Shown here in pieces: positions 22,701 through 35,097 of a stretch of 64,000 nucleotides of DNA. The stretch comes from Mobula hypostoma (Eukaryota), in the NCBI RefSeq assembly GCF_963921235.1, contig NC_086108.1:112036001-112100000 (forward strand), in the 5' to 3' direction. The position numbers and the translations under genes were made by a program. Numbering within the stretch: position 1 is the stretch's first letter; the number at the start of each line of letters is the position of its first letter. The notes under the pieces are model-generated. The model saw only the letters and a list, made by a program, of their open reading frames with translations. It searched no databases and was not told where the DNA came from.

Positions 22701-25700
22701 ATGAAGGCTGCAACAAATCCGTCAGCTCCGATCGTCATGGTTTCCATGCCATTGGAATCAGTTGGTTGATTTGTGAAGTATCGTGTGCTTCTTGGAGTGC
22801 AACATCAAGTACACGTTAAACAAATACACGCACATGCGTCTTCGCTCTGTGGGCCACTTCTTCAGAATGAAGACCATCATCCTCAACCTCGAGGGATAGC
22901 CACTCTATCTGCCAGACCCTTTTTCACTTACTTAACCTATGCATATCTCTCTGAAAACCATATGATACAGGAGCGGAATGAGGCCATCTGGCCCATCGAG
23001 TCTGCTCTGCCATTCGATCGTGGCTAATCCCCTTTATCTCCTCCTCAACCCCAGTTTCTAGCCTTCTCCCCATAACCTTTGAAGCCATGTCCAATCAAGA
23101 ACCTATCAATCTCTGCCTTAAATACACCCAACAACTTGGCCTACACAGCTGCATGTGGCAACAAATTCCACAAATTCCCACTGTCTGGCTAAAGAAATTT
23201 CTCCGCATCTCTGTTTTGAATGGATGCCCCTCTATCCTGAAGCTGTACCCTCTTGTCCTAGACTCTCCCACCATGGGAAACATCCTTTCCACATCTACTC
23301 TGTGTAGTCCTTTCAATATTTGAAAGGTTTCAATGAGATCCCCCTCATCCTTCTAAATTCAAGCAAGTACAAACGTTCCTCGTATGGTAACCCTTTCATT
23401 CCTGGAATCATCCTTGTAAACCTCCTCTGGACCCTCTCCAATTCCAGCACATCTCTTCTAAGATGAGAGGCCCAAAACTGTACACAATAGTCAACGTAAG
23501 GGCTCACCAGTGCCTTATAAAGCCTCAGCATCACATCCCTGCTCTTGTAATCTAGACCTCTTGAAATGAATGCTAACATGGCGTCTGCCTTCCTCACCAT
23601 TGATTCAACCTACAAGTTAACCTTTAGGGTGTCCTGCACAAGGAATCCCAAGTCCTTTTGAAAGTCAGATCTTTTTTGATTTTCTCCACGTTTAGAAAAC
23701 AGTCCACATATTTATTTCTACTACCAAAGTGCATGACCATGCATTTTCCAACATTGTATTTCATTTGTCACTTTCTTGCCCATTCTCCTCATCTGCCCAA
23801 GTCCTACTGCATCCTACCTGTTTCCTCAATACTACTTGCTTCTACACTAATATTCATATCATCAGCAAGCTTGACAACAAAGCCATCTATTTCATCATCT
23901 ACGGCAGTTATATATAGCATAAAAGGAAGTTGACCCAACACCGACCCCTGCGGAACACCACGAGTCACTGTCAGCCAAACAGACAAGGATCCTTTTATTC
24001 CCACTCACTGCCTCCTACCAATCAGCCAATGCTCTAACCACCTTAGTAACTTTCCTGTAATACCATGGTAAGCAGCCTCGTGTGGCACCTTGTCAAAGGC
24101 CTTCTGAAGTCCAAATATACAACATCCACTGCATCCCCTTTATCTATGCTACTTGTAATCTCCTCAAAGAATTCCAATAGTTTGGCAGGCAGGATTTAGC
24201 CTTAAGGAAACCATGCTGACTTTGTACCATCTTGGCCTGTGTCACCAAGTTCTCCAGCACCTCGTCCTTAACAATGGACTCTACCACTGAAGTCGGACTA
24301 ACTGCCTTAAATACACCCAATGACTTAGCCTCCACTACCACCCTCTAAAAAAAAATTTGCTGCCTCGATTCAGCCTTGGACACAGCGCTTAAATCCATCG
24401 AACTCTGGGTCCTCCTCACCCTCGGTGACAGGCCCGTCACCTCACCTCGGTTCTGCCCAGTCGAATTGCCTTCAAGTCCAAAGGGAAGTTACAGACTATT
24501 ACTGGCAATGATCGTTTGCCAGTAAAAGTGTTCCAAACATCACTCCTGGCAATGAGTTCCACACACCACCGCTCTCTGGATAAAGAACCTACCTCTGACA
24601 CCCCCATAATTTCTTCCAGTCAACATACAGTAAAATTGTGCCCCTTTGAGCCATTTCTACCCAGGGAAAAAGACTGGCTTTCCGTTCTATCTGCACCTCT
24701 TATCAACTTGTACACCTCGATCAAATCACCTTTCATCCTCCTTCGCCCCAAAGAGAAAAGCCCTACCTCAGAATCAGAATCAGGTTTAATCTCGCCGGCA
24801 TGTGGTGTGAAATTTGTTAACTTAGCAGCAGCAGTTCAATGCAATACATCATACAGCAGAGAAAAAAAAAAGAGTAATAATAATAAATAAACAAGTAAAT
24901 CAATTATGTATATTGAAAATAGATTTAAAAAATATACAAAATACTGCATATTAAAAAAAGTGAGGTAGTGTCCAAAGATTCAACGTCCATTTAGAAATCA
25001 AATGGCAGAGGGGAAGAAGTTGTTCCTGAATCGCTGAGTGTGTGCCTTCAGGCTTCTGTACCTCCTACCTGATGGTAACAGTGAGAAAAGGGCATGCCCT
25101 GGGTGCTGGAGGGTCCTTAATAATGGATGCTGCCTTTCTGAGACACCGCTCCCTAAAGATGTCCTGGGTACTTTGTAGGCTAGTGCCCAAGATGGAGCTG
25201 ACTAGATTTACAACCTTCTGCAGCTTGTTTTGGTCCTGTGCAATAGCCCCTCCACACCAAACAGTGATGTAGACTGTCAGAATGCTCTCCACAGTACATC
25301 TGTAGAAGTTTTTGAGTGTATTTGTTGACATACCAAATTTCTTCAGACTCCTAATGAAGTATAGCTGCTGTCTTGCAATCTTGCCTTCTTTATAACTGCA
25401 TCGATATGTTGGGACCAGGTTAGAATCTCAGAGATCTTGACACCCAGGAGCTTGAAACTGCTCATTCTCTCCACTTCTGATCCCTCTATGAGGATTGGTA
25501 TGTGTTCCTTTGTCTTGCCCTTCCTGAAGTCCACAATCAGCTCTTTCATCTTACTGACACCGAGTGCCAGGTTGTTGCTGTGGCACCACTCCACTAGTTG
25601 GCATATCTCACTCCTGTATGCCCTCTCGTTACCACCTGAGATTCTACCAACGATGATTGTATTGTCAGTAAATTTATAGATGGTGTTTGAGCTATGCTTA

Positions 25701-28700
25701 GCCACACTCACCTCAAGCTATCCTCATATGGCATGCATGTTAGTCCAGACAGCATCCTGGTAAATCTCCTCTATACCCTCTCTAAAGCTTCCACATTTTT
25801 CCTTTAGTGAGGTGACTGGAACTGAATGCAATACTCCAAGTGTCGTCTAACCAGAGCTTTATAGAGCTTCAACATTACTTCATGGCTCTTGTACTCTTGA
25901 ATGTATTGCAAGACAGAATTGGTGTTAAAACATAAGACATAAACATTGGAGCAGAATTAGGCCATTTGGCCCTTCTAGTCTGCTCTGCCAATCCACAGTT
26001 GATTTAGGATCCATCTCAACTCCATTCTCTTGCCTTCTCCCCTTAACCTTTAATGCCCTGACTAATCGAGAACATATCAACCTCCACTTTAAACATACCC
26101 AATGACTTTGCATCTGTGGCAATGAATTCCGCAGATTTGCCACTCTGGCTCAAGGAATTCTTCCTCATATCTGTTCTAAATGAATGTCCCTCTGTTCTAA
26201 AACTGTGCTGTCAGGTCCTAGACTCCCCAAATATAGGAAACATTCTCTCCATCCACTCTGTCTGGGCATTTCAATATTCAAAAAGTTTCAATAAGATCCC
26301 CCTTCATTCTTCTAAACTCCAGCAACTAAAGGCTCAGATTCATCAAATGTTCCTCATACAGTAAACCAGTAATTCCAGGGATCATTCTCGTGGACCTCCT
26401 CTGCACCCTCTCCAGTATCAGCACATCCCTTCTCAGATAGAGAACCCAAAACTGCTCACAATACATCATGTGTGGTCTGATCGATGCCTGTGATTGCACC
26501 CTTCCCATTCCTGAGTTCTACCCTAATTAACCATTTAGATCTATAGATGTTAATCACAAACTATTCACTCTCTCGGCTGTGATAAAATGAGTTACTGTAC
26601 CTTTCAAGACAATTCGAGCGTTATTTGCATGAGCAGTACAAACAGCCTCCGGTTCAGTGCGTAGGGCGACTACAATTGTTGTGATCTTCGACCAGTCGTA
26701 AAGCTTCCAATCACTCTCGTCAAGGTGAAAGGCAAATACCTTGAATAAAAATAAAACTGCCATCTGAGGTAATGGAAACATCAAAAGTCTCATACAATAA
26801 TATAGATTTGCATAGCATATAGCATTACAAAGAACAATTACAAGAAGGTCTTTACAAAGAAGGCACGGCAGCACCTCTACTTTCTTAGAAGTTTGCACAG
26901 ATTCAGCAAGTTATCTAAAACTTTGTCAAATGTCTATAGATACACAGTGCAGAGTATACTGACTGGTTGCCTCATGGCCTAGTATAGAGATACCAATACC
27001 CAGGAACAGATAAATCTAAAGATGGTGGTGGATTACAGCCCAGTCAATCACAGCCCTCCCCATCACTGGGCACATCTTCGAAGAGCACTGCCACAAGAAA
27101 GCAGCATCTATCATCAAGGACTCCCTCTATCCATTCAAGAGCTCTTCCCACAGGAAGGAGGTACAGGAACCTTGTGTCCCACACCACCAGGTTCAGAAAC
27201 AGCTAATGCCCCTCAACCAACAGGAAGGAGGTACAGGAGCCTCAGGTCCCACACTACCAGGTTCAGGGACAGTTATTACCTCTCAACCATCAGACTCCCA
27301 AACCAACATGAGTAATCTCACTCAACTCAACACTGAACTGTTCCACAACCTACAGACTCACTCTCAAGGACTCTACAACTCATGTTCCCAGTAACTTGTA
27401 TTTGTTTTTATTTATAGAATTTGTCTTCTTTTGCACATTGGTTGTTTATCAGTCTTTGTTTATGCATAGTTTTCATAAATTCCCTTATACTGCATTTCTG
27501 TTTTTCTGCAAACGCCTTCAGGAAAATGTCGTGTATGGTGACATTTATTTTTGATCATCAATTTACTTTGAAGGTTTTGAACTTTTAACACTGAACAGAG
27601 AACGGTACAGCGCAGAAACAGGCCCTTCAGCCCACAATATCTACCCCAAACATGAAGCCGAATCCAGCTACATCTCTACGGTCTGCACATGATTCATTTC
27701 CCTCTATGTGTCTATCTAACAGCCTCTTCAATGCCACGTTCATATCTGCTTCCGAATTACTTCATGTACTGAAGTAGTTCATTGTAAAATTATTGGTTTT
27801 CCGGCATATCCAATGATGACAGGAGGCCTGTGCAGGAGAGTTTTTAAAGTGGAAACACGGGAATAGTTCCACCCTCTCGACTTCAGAAGTCCGGGTCCAC
27901 TGGTACAAGTAGTCGTCTCAGTTGGAGTATTCCTTGGTTGCAGTGGATGACCATGACTTCTGTACCTCGTCAGGACCTTCACTCTCCACGGAGCGCTGCA
28001 GGATCGTCTCCCTGGCTATTGAATCCCATCCACCCAGTCCGCCAGAGCTGACTTCACATGCTAGGACAAACATATGTCTACCTCACTGGGGTATGAGGCC
28101 CACCAGCTGCCCTCACCTTGTTTAGCCACCACTCAAAGCGGTGTGGCCCCTCCCATGCAAACAGCTTCCTGCACCGTAGGTGTGAGCTGACTGTTTAGTG
28201 GCACCAAAAGTAAGTGCTGTGCCCCAGAATGGACACGACAACCCCCTTCACCAGAGGAGCTACCCCTCCCTGGACACCCCATTCTCCCCTAATATCATTA
28301 AGGAATATACTTTTCTCCTGGGTCTGAGGTCGAGTTGGCGGGTAGACGCATTCAACCTGCAGATTATTTTGCTGACTTTTGAAGAAGCACAGTCTGCAGA
28401 AGGAAGATTAAGAGAATGGGTGAAGAAGCGCCAGATGGAATACGGTGTAGGGAAGTGCGTGTTCATGCACTTTGGTAGAAGGAATAAAGGCACAGACAGT
28501 TTTCTAAATGGGGGGCTAATTCAGAAATCAAAGGTGTCAAGGGATTTGAGACTCCACGTGCAGGATTTCCTAAAGGTTAATCTGCTGTTTGATCGGAGGT
28601 GAGGAAGGCAAATGCAATTCCTTGGCATTCATTTTGAGAGGACTTGAATACAAGAGCAAGGATGTAATGCTCGAATTGAATTAATTAAATTTATTACCTT

Positions 28701-31700
28701 CATACATCCTTCTTTTGGCCAGACATGCCCTGCACAAAAAGGACAGGTTGCACTTGAATCTGAGGGGGACCAATATCCTGGAGGGGAGGTTTGCTGAGGC
28801 TATTGGGGAGAGTTTAAATTAGAATTGCTGGGGTGTGGGAACCAAACTGAAGAGACAGAGGAAGGGATGGTTGGCTCACAAATCGAGAAAGCTTGTAGAC
28901 AGTGTGAGCCGGCGGATAAGCAGGTGATAGAGAAGGGATGCGCTCAGACCGATGGTTTGAGATGTGTCTATTTTAATGCAAGAAGCATCATGAACAAAGC
29001 GGATGAGCTTAGAGCGTGGATTAATACTTGGAGCTATGATGTGGCCGTTACAGAGACTTGGATAGTGCAGGGGCAGGAATGGCCACTTAGAGTGCCAGGC
29101 GTTAGGCGTTAGAACAAGAAAGGGTCAATAACTTGACTGGGTGTTTTTTATAGACCACCCAATAGAAATAGGGACATCATGTAGCAGATAGGGGGATAGA
29201 TTCTGGAAAGGACACCTTTGTTTGTCATGGTGGGAGATTTTAATTTCCCAAATATTGGTTAGCATCTCCCTAGAACAAGAGGTTTAGTTGGGGTGGAGTT
29301 TGTTAGGTGTGTTCAGGAAGATTTCCTGACACAATACGTAGATAAGCCTACAGGAGGAGAGGCTGTACTTGATCTAGTATTGGGAAATGAACCTGGTCAG
29401 GTGTCAGTGGGAGAGGATTTTGGAGATAGTGATCATAATTCTATCTCCTTTACCATATCATTGGAGAGGGATAGGAACAGAGAAGTTAGGAAATTGGACT
29501 AAGGGGAAATATGAAGCTATCAGGCAGGAACTTGGAAGCATAAATTAGGAACAGATGTTCTCAGGGAAATGTATGGCAGAAATGTGGCAAATATTCAGGG
29601 GATATCTGTGCGGCGTTCTGCATAGTTACGTTCCAATGAGACAGGAACCATGGTGTGCAAAGGCTGTTGAAAATCCAGTCAACAGGAAAAGAAAAGCTTA
29701 CAAAAGGTTAAAAAAAAAGGTAATAATAGAGATCTAGAAAATGATAAGGCTAGCAGGATGGAGTTTAACAATGAAATTAGCAGAGCCAGAAGGGGCCATG
29801 AGAAGGCCTTGATGAGGAGGATTTAGGAAAGCCCCAAGGCATTCTACAGTTATGAGAAAAGCAAGAGGATAAGATGTGAGAGAATGGGACCAATCAACTG
29901 TGACAGTGGAAAAGTGTGTATGGAACCGGAGGAGATAGCGGAGGTACTTAATGAATACTTTGCTGCAGTATTCACGACGGAAAAGGACCTTGGTGATTGT
30001 CAGGATAGAACATAGTTCATAGAATAGTACAGCACAGTACAGGCCCTTTGGCCCACAGTGTTGTGCCAACCCTTAAACCCTCCCTCCCATATAATCCCCC
30101 AACTTAAATTCCTCCATATACCTGTCCAGCTGTCTCTTACAGCAGACTGAAAAGCTTGAGCATATAGACATTAAAAAGGAGGATGTGCTGGAGCTTTTGG
30201 AAAGCATGAAGTTGGATAAGTCACCAGGACCGGATGGGATATACCCCAGGCTATTGTGGAAGGCAAGGGAGGAGATTGCTGAGACTCTGGCAATGATCTT
30301 TGCATCATCAATGGGACGGGAGAGGTTCTGGAGGATTGGAGGGTTGCAGATGTTGTTCCCTTGCTCAAGAAAAGGAGTAGAGATAGCCCAGGAAATGATA
30401 GACCAGTGAGTCTTACTTCAGTGGTTGGTAAGTTGTTGGAGAAGATCCTGAGAGGCAGGATTTATGAACATTTGGAGAGGCATAATATGATTAGGAATAG
30501 TCAGCATGGCTTTGTTAAGGGCAGGTCATGCCTTACGAGGCTCATTGAATTTTTTGAGAGTGTGACTAAACACATTGATGAAGGTAGAGCTGTAGATGTC
30601 GTGTATATGAATTTCAAGGCATTTGATAAGGTACCCCATGCAAGGCTTATTGAGATCCTATATAGCTGTAACATTACCTCTCAGCTCTTGAACTCAATCC
30701 CACGGTTAATGAAGGCCAATGCACCGTATGCCTTCTTAACCACACGGTCAACCTGCGCAGCTGCTTTGAATGTCCTATGGATCTCTCTGATCCTCCACAC
30801 TGCCAAGAGTCTTACCATTAATGCTATATTCTGTCATCATATTTGACCTACCAAAATGAACCACCTCACACTTGTCTGGGTTGAACTCCATCTGCGACTA
30901 TCCACAACACCCCGAACCTTGTGTCATCAGCAAATTTACTAACCCATCCATCCACATCATTTATAAAAATCATGAAGAGAAAGGGTCCCAGAACAGATCC
31001 CTGAGGCACACCACTGGTCACTGACCTCCATGCAGAATATGACCCATCTACAACCACTCTTTGCCTTCTGTGGGCAAGCCAATTCTGGATCCACAAAGTA
31101 AGGTCCCCTTGCATCCTATGCCTCCTTACTTTCTTGTCAGACCTCACTTTGAGTACTGTGCTCAGTTCTGGTCACCTCAGTACAGGAAGGATGTGGAAGG
31201 CCACGATAGAGTGTTCATATAGAGGATGTTTCCTATAGTGGGAGGTCTAGCACCATTGGCCACCAACTCAGAATACAGCGGCATCCTTTCAGAACGGAGA
31301 TAAGGAGGAATTTCTTTTGCCAGAGGGTGGTGAATCTGTAGACACAGGCGGCTGTTGAGTCCAGGTTGTTGGGTATATTTAGAGCAGAGGATGATAGATT
31401 ATACAGCCCAGCAACTGGTCCTTGGACCCATCTAGTCCACGTTGAACTATTAATATCCCTTCGACCTGCACTGGGACCATAGCCCTATACACCCCTCCCA
31501 TTTATGTACCTATCCAAATTTAACTTAAATGTTGAAATCAAAACCACATCGACCGCCCACTGGCAGCTCATCCCACACTCACTACCCTCTGAGTGAAGTT
31601 CCCCCTCATGTTCCCTTTAAACAATTCCTCTCGTTCTAGTCTCATCCCACACTCACTACCCTCTGAGTGAAGTTCCCCCTCATGTTCCCTTTAAACAATT

Positions 31701-34700
31701 CCTCTCGTTCTAGTCTTATCCCACACTCTCTACCTCTGAGTGAAGTTCCCCCTCATGTTCCCTTTAAACATTTCCTCTCATCCAACCTCAGTGGAAGAAG
31801 CCTGCTTGCATTTACCCTATCTATACCCCTCATAATATTGTATACTTTTATCACATCTCCCCTCATTCTCTAAGTTCTAAGGAATAAAGTCAAAAACCTG
31901 TTCAACATTACACTATCACTTAAGTCCTCAAGTTCTGACAACATCTTTGTAAATTTTCTCTGCACTCTATTAATCTTAATGATTTCTTTCCTGTAGGTAG
32001 AACCAGAACTGTACTTTATACTCCAAATTAGGCCTCACCAATGCCTTATACACTTCAATATTACATCCCAACTCCGGTACTCAATACTCTATTTACTGAC
32101 TTCAATAATACATCCCATCTCTGGTACTCAATACTCTATTTACAAAGGCCAACATGCTAAAAGCTCTCTTTATGACGCTACCTAACTGTGACAACACTTT
32201 AAAGGAATTGTGGATATGTATTCATAGAAGTTCTGCTGTACCATAATCCTCGGTGCCCTGCCACTCACTCTGCAAATCCAACTCAACAGTTTGCCCTCCC
32301 AAACTGCAACATCTCACACTTGTCTGCATTAAATTCCAGCCGCCATTTTTTCAGCCTGTTCAGATCCCAGTGCAAGTTTTTATAGTCCTCCTCATTTCCC
32401 ATGATGCCCCCAATCTTGGCTAATTTGTTAATCCAGTTCACCACATTATCATCCAGATCATTGACATAGATGACAAACAACCACAGACACGGTACCAATC
32501 CCTTCAGCACACCATTTGACACAGATGTCCAGTCAGAGAGACAACTATCTTACAACCAACTCTCTGGCTTCTCCCACAAGGCCAATGTTTCATCCAATTT
32601 ACTACCTCATTCTGAGTGCCAAGCAACTGAAGCTTCTTGATCAACCTCCCATGTGAGACCTTGTCCAAGGCCTTGATAAAATCATTCACTTCCTTGTCTT
32701 CATCAACTTAATAAGATTAGTAGGGGTGCCAGAGGACTGGAAAATTGCAAATGTTCCTCCAATCTTTAAGAAAGGAAATTATAGACCATTTAGCCTGACC
32801 TCAGTGATTGGGAAGATGTCAGAGTCAATTGTTAAGGACGATGTGATGGAGTACGTGGTAAAACAGGACAAGATAGTGCAAAGTCAGCATGGTTTCCTTA
32901 AGGGAAAGTCCTGCCTGATGAACCTGTTGGACTCTTTGAGGAGATTACAAGTAGGATAGGTAAAGGGGAGGCAGTGGTTGTTGTATATTTGGACTTTCAG
33001 AAGGCCTTTGACAAGGTGCCACACATAAGGCTGCTTACCAAGTTAAGAGCCCATGGTATTACAGTAAAGTTACTAACATGTTTCGAGCATTGGCTGAATG
33101 GTAGGAGGCAGTGTGTGGGAATAAAAGGATGCTTTTCTGGTTGGCTGCCAGTGACTAGTGGTGTTCCGCAGGGTTCAGTGTTGGAACTACTTCTTTTTAT
33201 GTTGTATATAAATGATTTAGATGATGGAATAGATGGCCTTGTTGCCAAGTTTGCAGATGATACGAAGATTGCTGGAGTGGGAGGTAGTGTTGAGGAGAAG
33301 GGTAGGATGCAGAATGACTTAGATAGATTGGGAGAATGGGCAAGAAAGTGGCAAGTGAAATACAATGTTGGAAAATGCATGATCATGCACTTTGGTAGTA
33401 GAAATAAATGTGCAGACTATTTTCAAAATGGGGAGAAAATCCAGGAATCTGAGATGCAAAGGGACTTGGAGTACTTGTGTAGAACACCCTGAAGATTAAC
33501 TTGCAGGTTGAGTCAGTGGTGAGGAAGGCAAATGCAGGATTAGCATTAATTTCAAGGGGTCTAGAATACAAGAGCAAAGATGTGACGCTGAGGCTTTAGA
33601 AGGCACTGGTGAGGTCTCACCTTGAGTATTGTGAACAGTTTTAGGCTCCTCATCTTAGAAAAGATGTGCTGGCATTGGAGAGGGTCCAGAGGAGGTTCAC
33701 AAGGATGATTCCAGGAATGAAAGGATTATCATATGAGGAACATTTGATGGCTCTGGGTCTGTACTCTCTGGAATTCTGAAACCTTTTGAATGTTGAAAGG
33801 CCTGGACAAAACCTGGATAACTGCAAGTCTATTGCTTTGCTCACGCTTGAGTGCTTGGTGGCGGTGCTGATGCTGGCTGTTTTTGCTGGTGGGGGAGGGG
33901 AATCGTTGCTCGCTGCCACGTCCATGTGGGGGGAAGGGACTTTGCAGTCCTTACGTTTAACTGCCATTCATTCTGTGGGGCACATCTCTGTTTTCGTGGA
34001 TGTTCGTGAAGAAAAAGCATTTTTGGATTTCTCTGACATCAAGTTGGACCTTTGGACCTTTGAACCTTTGCTATATGGTCTTATGGGTGTCATAGGTTGT
34101 GGGAAGAAGGCAGGAGAATGGGATTGAGAGGGTAAATAAATCAGTTACGATGGAATGGAAGAGCAGACTCGATGGCCTAATTCTACTCTTACATCTTCTG
34201 ATCTAATGGCCTTTCGTTCCTGCCCTGAATTAAATGTAATATCACTGACCACGTACCTGAATTGAATTTTGTAGAGAGGACAGAGTCCTTCGGTCCCACA
34301 CCATCAGTTTCAGGATCAGTTATTACCCTGCAACCATCAGGCTCCTGAATCAGAGTGAATAACTTCACTCGCCACAACTCTAATCTGATTCCACAACCTA
34401 CAGACTCACTTGGGTTGGGAGGTAGCATAGGAGTTAGCAGAACACTACAACAGTGCGGGGCACCAGTGATTGGAGTTTAATCCCAATGTCACCTGTAAGG
34501 AGTCTGTACGACCTCCCATGGAATACGTGTTTTCTCCAGGAGCTCCAGGCTCCTCCCACAGTCTAAAGACGTACTGGTTAATAGGTTAATTAGTCATTGT
34601 AAATTGTCCTGTGACTAGGCTCGGGTTAAATCGGGGGGAAGCTAGGTGGCGTGTCTCAAAGGGCTGGAAGGATCTGTCTGTGCTGTATCTCAATAAATAA

Positions 34701-35097
34701 ACAAACTTTTAGGGGCTCTTTACAATTCTATTATTTTTCTTTATTTTCCTGTAAATTTCTGCAAGAAAATGAATCTTAGGGTAGTATATAGCAAAGTACA
34801 TGTACTTTGGTAATAAATTTACTTTGAACATAGAAGGAGCTCCCTCACAATGCTCCTATTTAAATGTTGCTGCTCATTGCCGTCCAGGAGACAAGGAGTC
34901 ACAGAACCACTTACCCTCGGGAATTCATAGGCCTCATCACTCACCTCGACTTCGGCCTGATTCTCTCGACGCAGAGGCTGGCACAGGTTTGGATCATCAC
35001 ACAAACATTCTGAGGCGATGGAAAGTTGCTTGTTGAAACTGTGGATCCACGGTGTGGTTATGAACAGACCTAGCACCAATTCCAGACTCCAGACCAT
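16563..35097 (-). CDS. CTBS: Di-N-acetylchitobiase-like GH18 protein, 7 exons, 375 aa, catalytic Glu replaced by Leu; join(35097-34945,26739-26601,21584-21376,20323-20152,20074-19977,19383-19225,16760-16563)
   Basis: Seven exons with canonical GT-AG sites and compatible phases (0,1,0,1,0,0), giving a 1128-nt CDS with no internal stop. Each exon aligns to recalled vertebrate CTBS motifs: [66 protein letters not shown]. Confidence 0.9.
17500..17925 (+). mobile_element. Rex1/Babar-like LINE 3' fragment
   Basis: NFYRC..ESIL..CIT.W and [17 protein letters not shown] motifs, degenerate. Confidence 0.65.
18745..18975 (+). mobile_element. Degenerate Gypsy RT fragment (intron 6)
   Basis: [48 protein letters not shown]. 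Confidence 0.7.
19225..19383 (-). CDS. CTBS: CTBS-like exon 6 (VGDCELE...[13 protein letters not shown])
   Basis: Acceptor tctcAG, donor GTAAGA; 159 nt, phase 0/0. Confidence 0.9.
19977..20074 (-). CDS. CTBS: CTBS-like exon 5 ([33 protein letters not shown])
   Basis: Acceptor tttcAG, donor GTAAGA; 98 nt, phase 1/0. Confidence 0.92.
20152..20323 (-). CDS. CTBS: CTBS-like exon 4 ([17 protein letters not shown]...APYHRVLS)
   Basis: Acceptor cctcAG, donor GTAGGT; 172 nt, phase 0/1; followed by a 77-nt intron. Confidence 0.92.
20700..21326 (-). mobile_element. Tc1/mariner-like DNA transposon remnant
   Basis: Terminal sequence cactcggtggccactttattaggtaca..gcaaatatctaatcagccaatca, resembling fish Tc1 ends. 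Interrupted by a SINE. Confidence 0.5.
20920..21135 (-). mobile_element. tRNA-derived SINE
   Basis: A-box-like TAGCGTAGTG, B box GAGTTCGAATC, short (TTC) tail, and a 12-bp TSD CAATCATTCCAA (20908-20919 and 21136-21147). Confidence 0.8.
21376..21584 (-). CDS. CTBS: CTBS-like exon 3, containing the altered catalytic motif [10 protein letters not shown]
   Basis: Acceptor tatcAG, donor GTAAAA; 209 nt, phase 1/0; ends [15 protein letters not shown]. Confidence 0.92.
21665..24300 (-). mobile_element. Two tandem CR1 3' fragments (intron 2)
   Basis: CR1 ORF2 motifs ([42 protein letters not shown]), with separate 3' tails at ~21665 and ~22960. Confidence 0.85.
22486..22901 (+). mobile_element. RTE/Expander-derived non-autonomous element inserted in CR1
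   Basis: Begins with tgtcaccttgtcgcggtggag..ggtagggtcacccatg, resembling RTE-clade 5' ends; TSD ACTCTAT (22479-22485 and 22902-22908). Confidence 0.7.
24768..25710 (-). mobile_element. Rex1/Babar-like LINE 3' fragment
   Basis: [29 protein letters not shown] and [14 protein letters not shown]; (GATTCT)n tail at 24768-24783. Confidence 0.8.
26601..26739 (-). CDS. CTBS: CTBS-like exon 2 ([21 protein letters not shown]...ARIVLK)
   Basis: Acceptor ttttattcaAG, donor GTACAG; 139 nt, phase 0/1. Confidence 0.92.
26850..27585 (+). mobile_element. Rex1/Babar-like LINE 3' fragment
   Basis: [27 protein letters not shown]; tail aatttactttgaa..ttgaact. Confidence 0.7.
28400..33810. mobile_element. Nested degenerate CR1 fragments in both orientations (intron 1)
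   Basis: Endonuclease ([19 protein letters not shown]) and RT ([45 protein letters not shown]) motifs, with minus-strand pieces at ~30655-31135 and ~31410-32705. Confidence 0.85.
31570..31780. repeat. 74-bp tandem repeat, about 2.7 copies
   Basis: TCCCACACTC recurs at 31571, 31645 and 31719. Confidence 0.85.
34420..34702 (+). mobile_element. V-SINE-like tRNA-derived SINE
   Basis: Degenerate tRNA head, central ttctccaggagctccaggctcctcccacagtctaaagacgta (V-domain-like), and a gctgtatctcaataaataaa tail. Confidence 0.65.
34945..35097 (-). CDS. CTBS: CTBS-like exon 1 (signal-peptide-like N-terminus plus [13 protein letters not shown])
   Basis: ATG in AGGATGG context; hydrophobic [17 protein letters not shown]; CxC-x5-CxP motif as in the CTBS N-terminus; donor GAG/GTGAGT, phase 0. 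An in-frame upstream ATG at 35151 is possible. Confidence 0.85.

Noticed and set aside
16563..35097. Calling the gene either the ordinary enzymatic CTBS ortholog or a pseudogene
   Set aside because: The catalytic motif is altered, which argues against a normal enzyme. The frame, splice sites and structural residues are all intact, which argues against decay.
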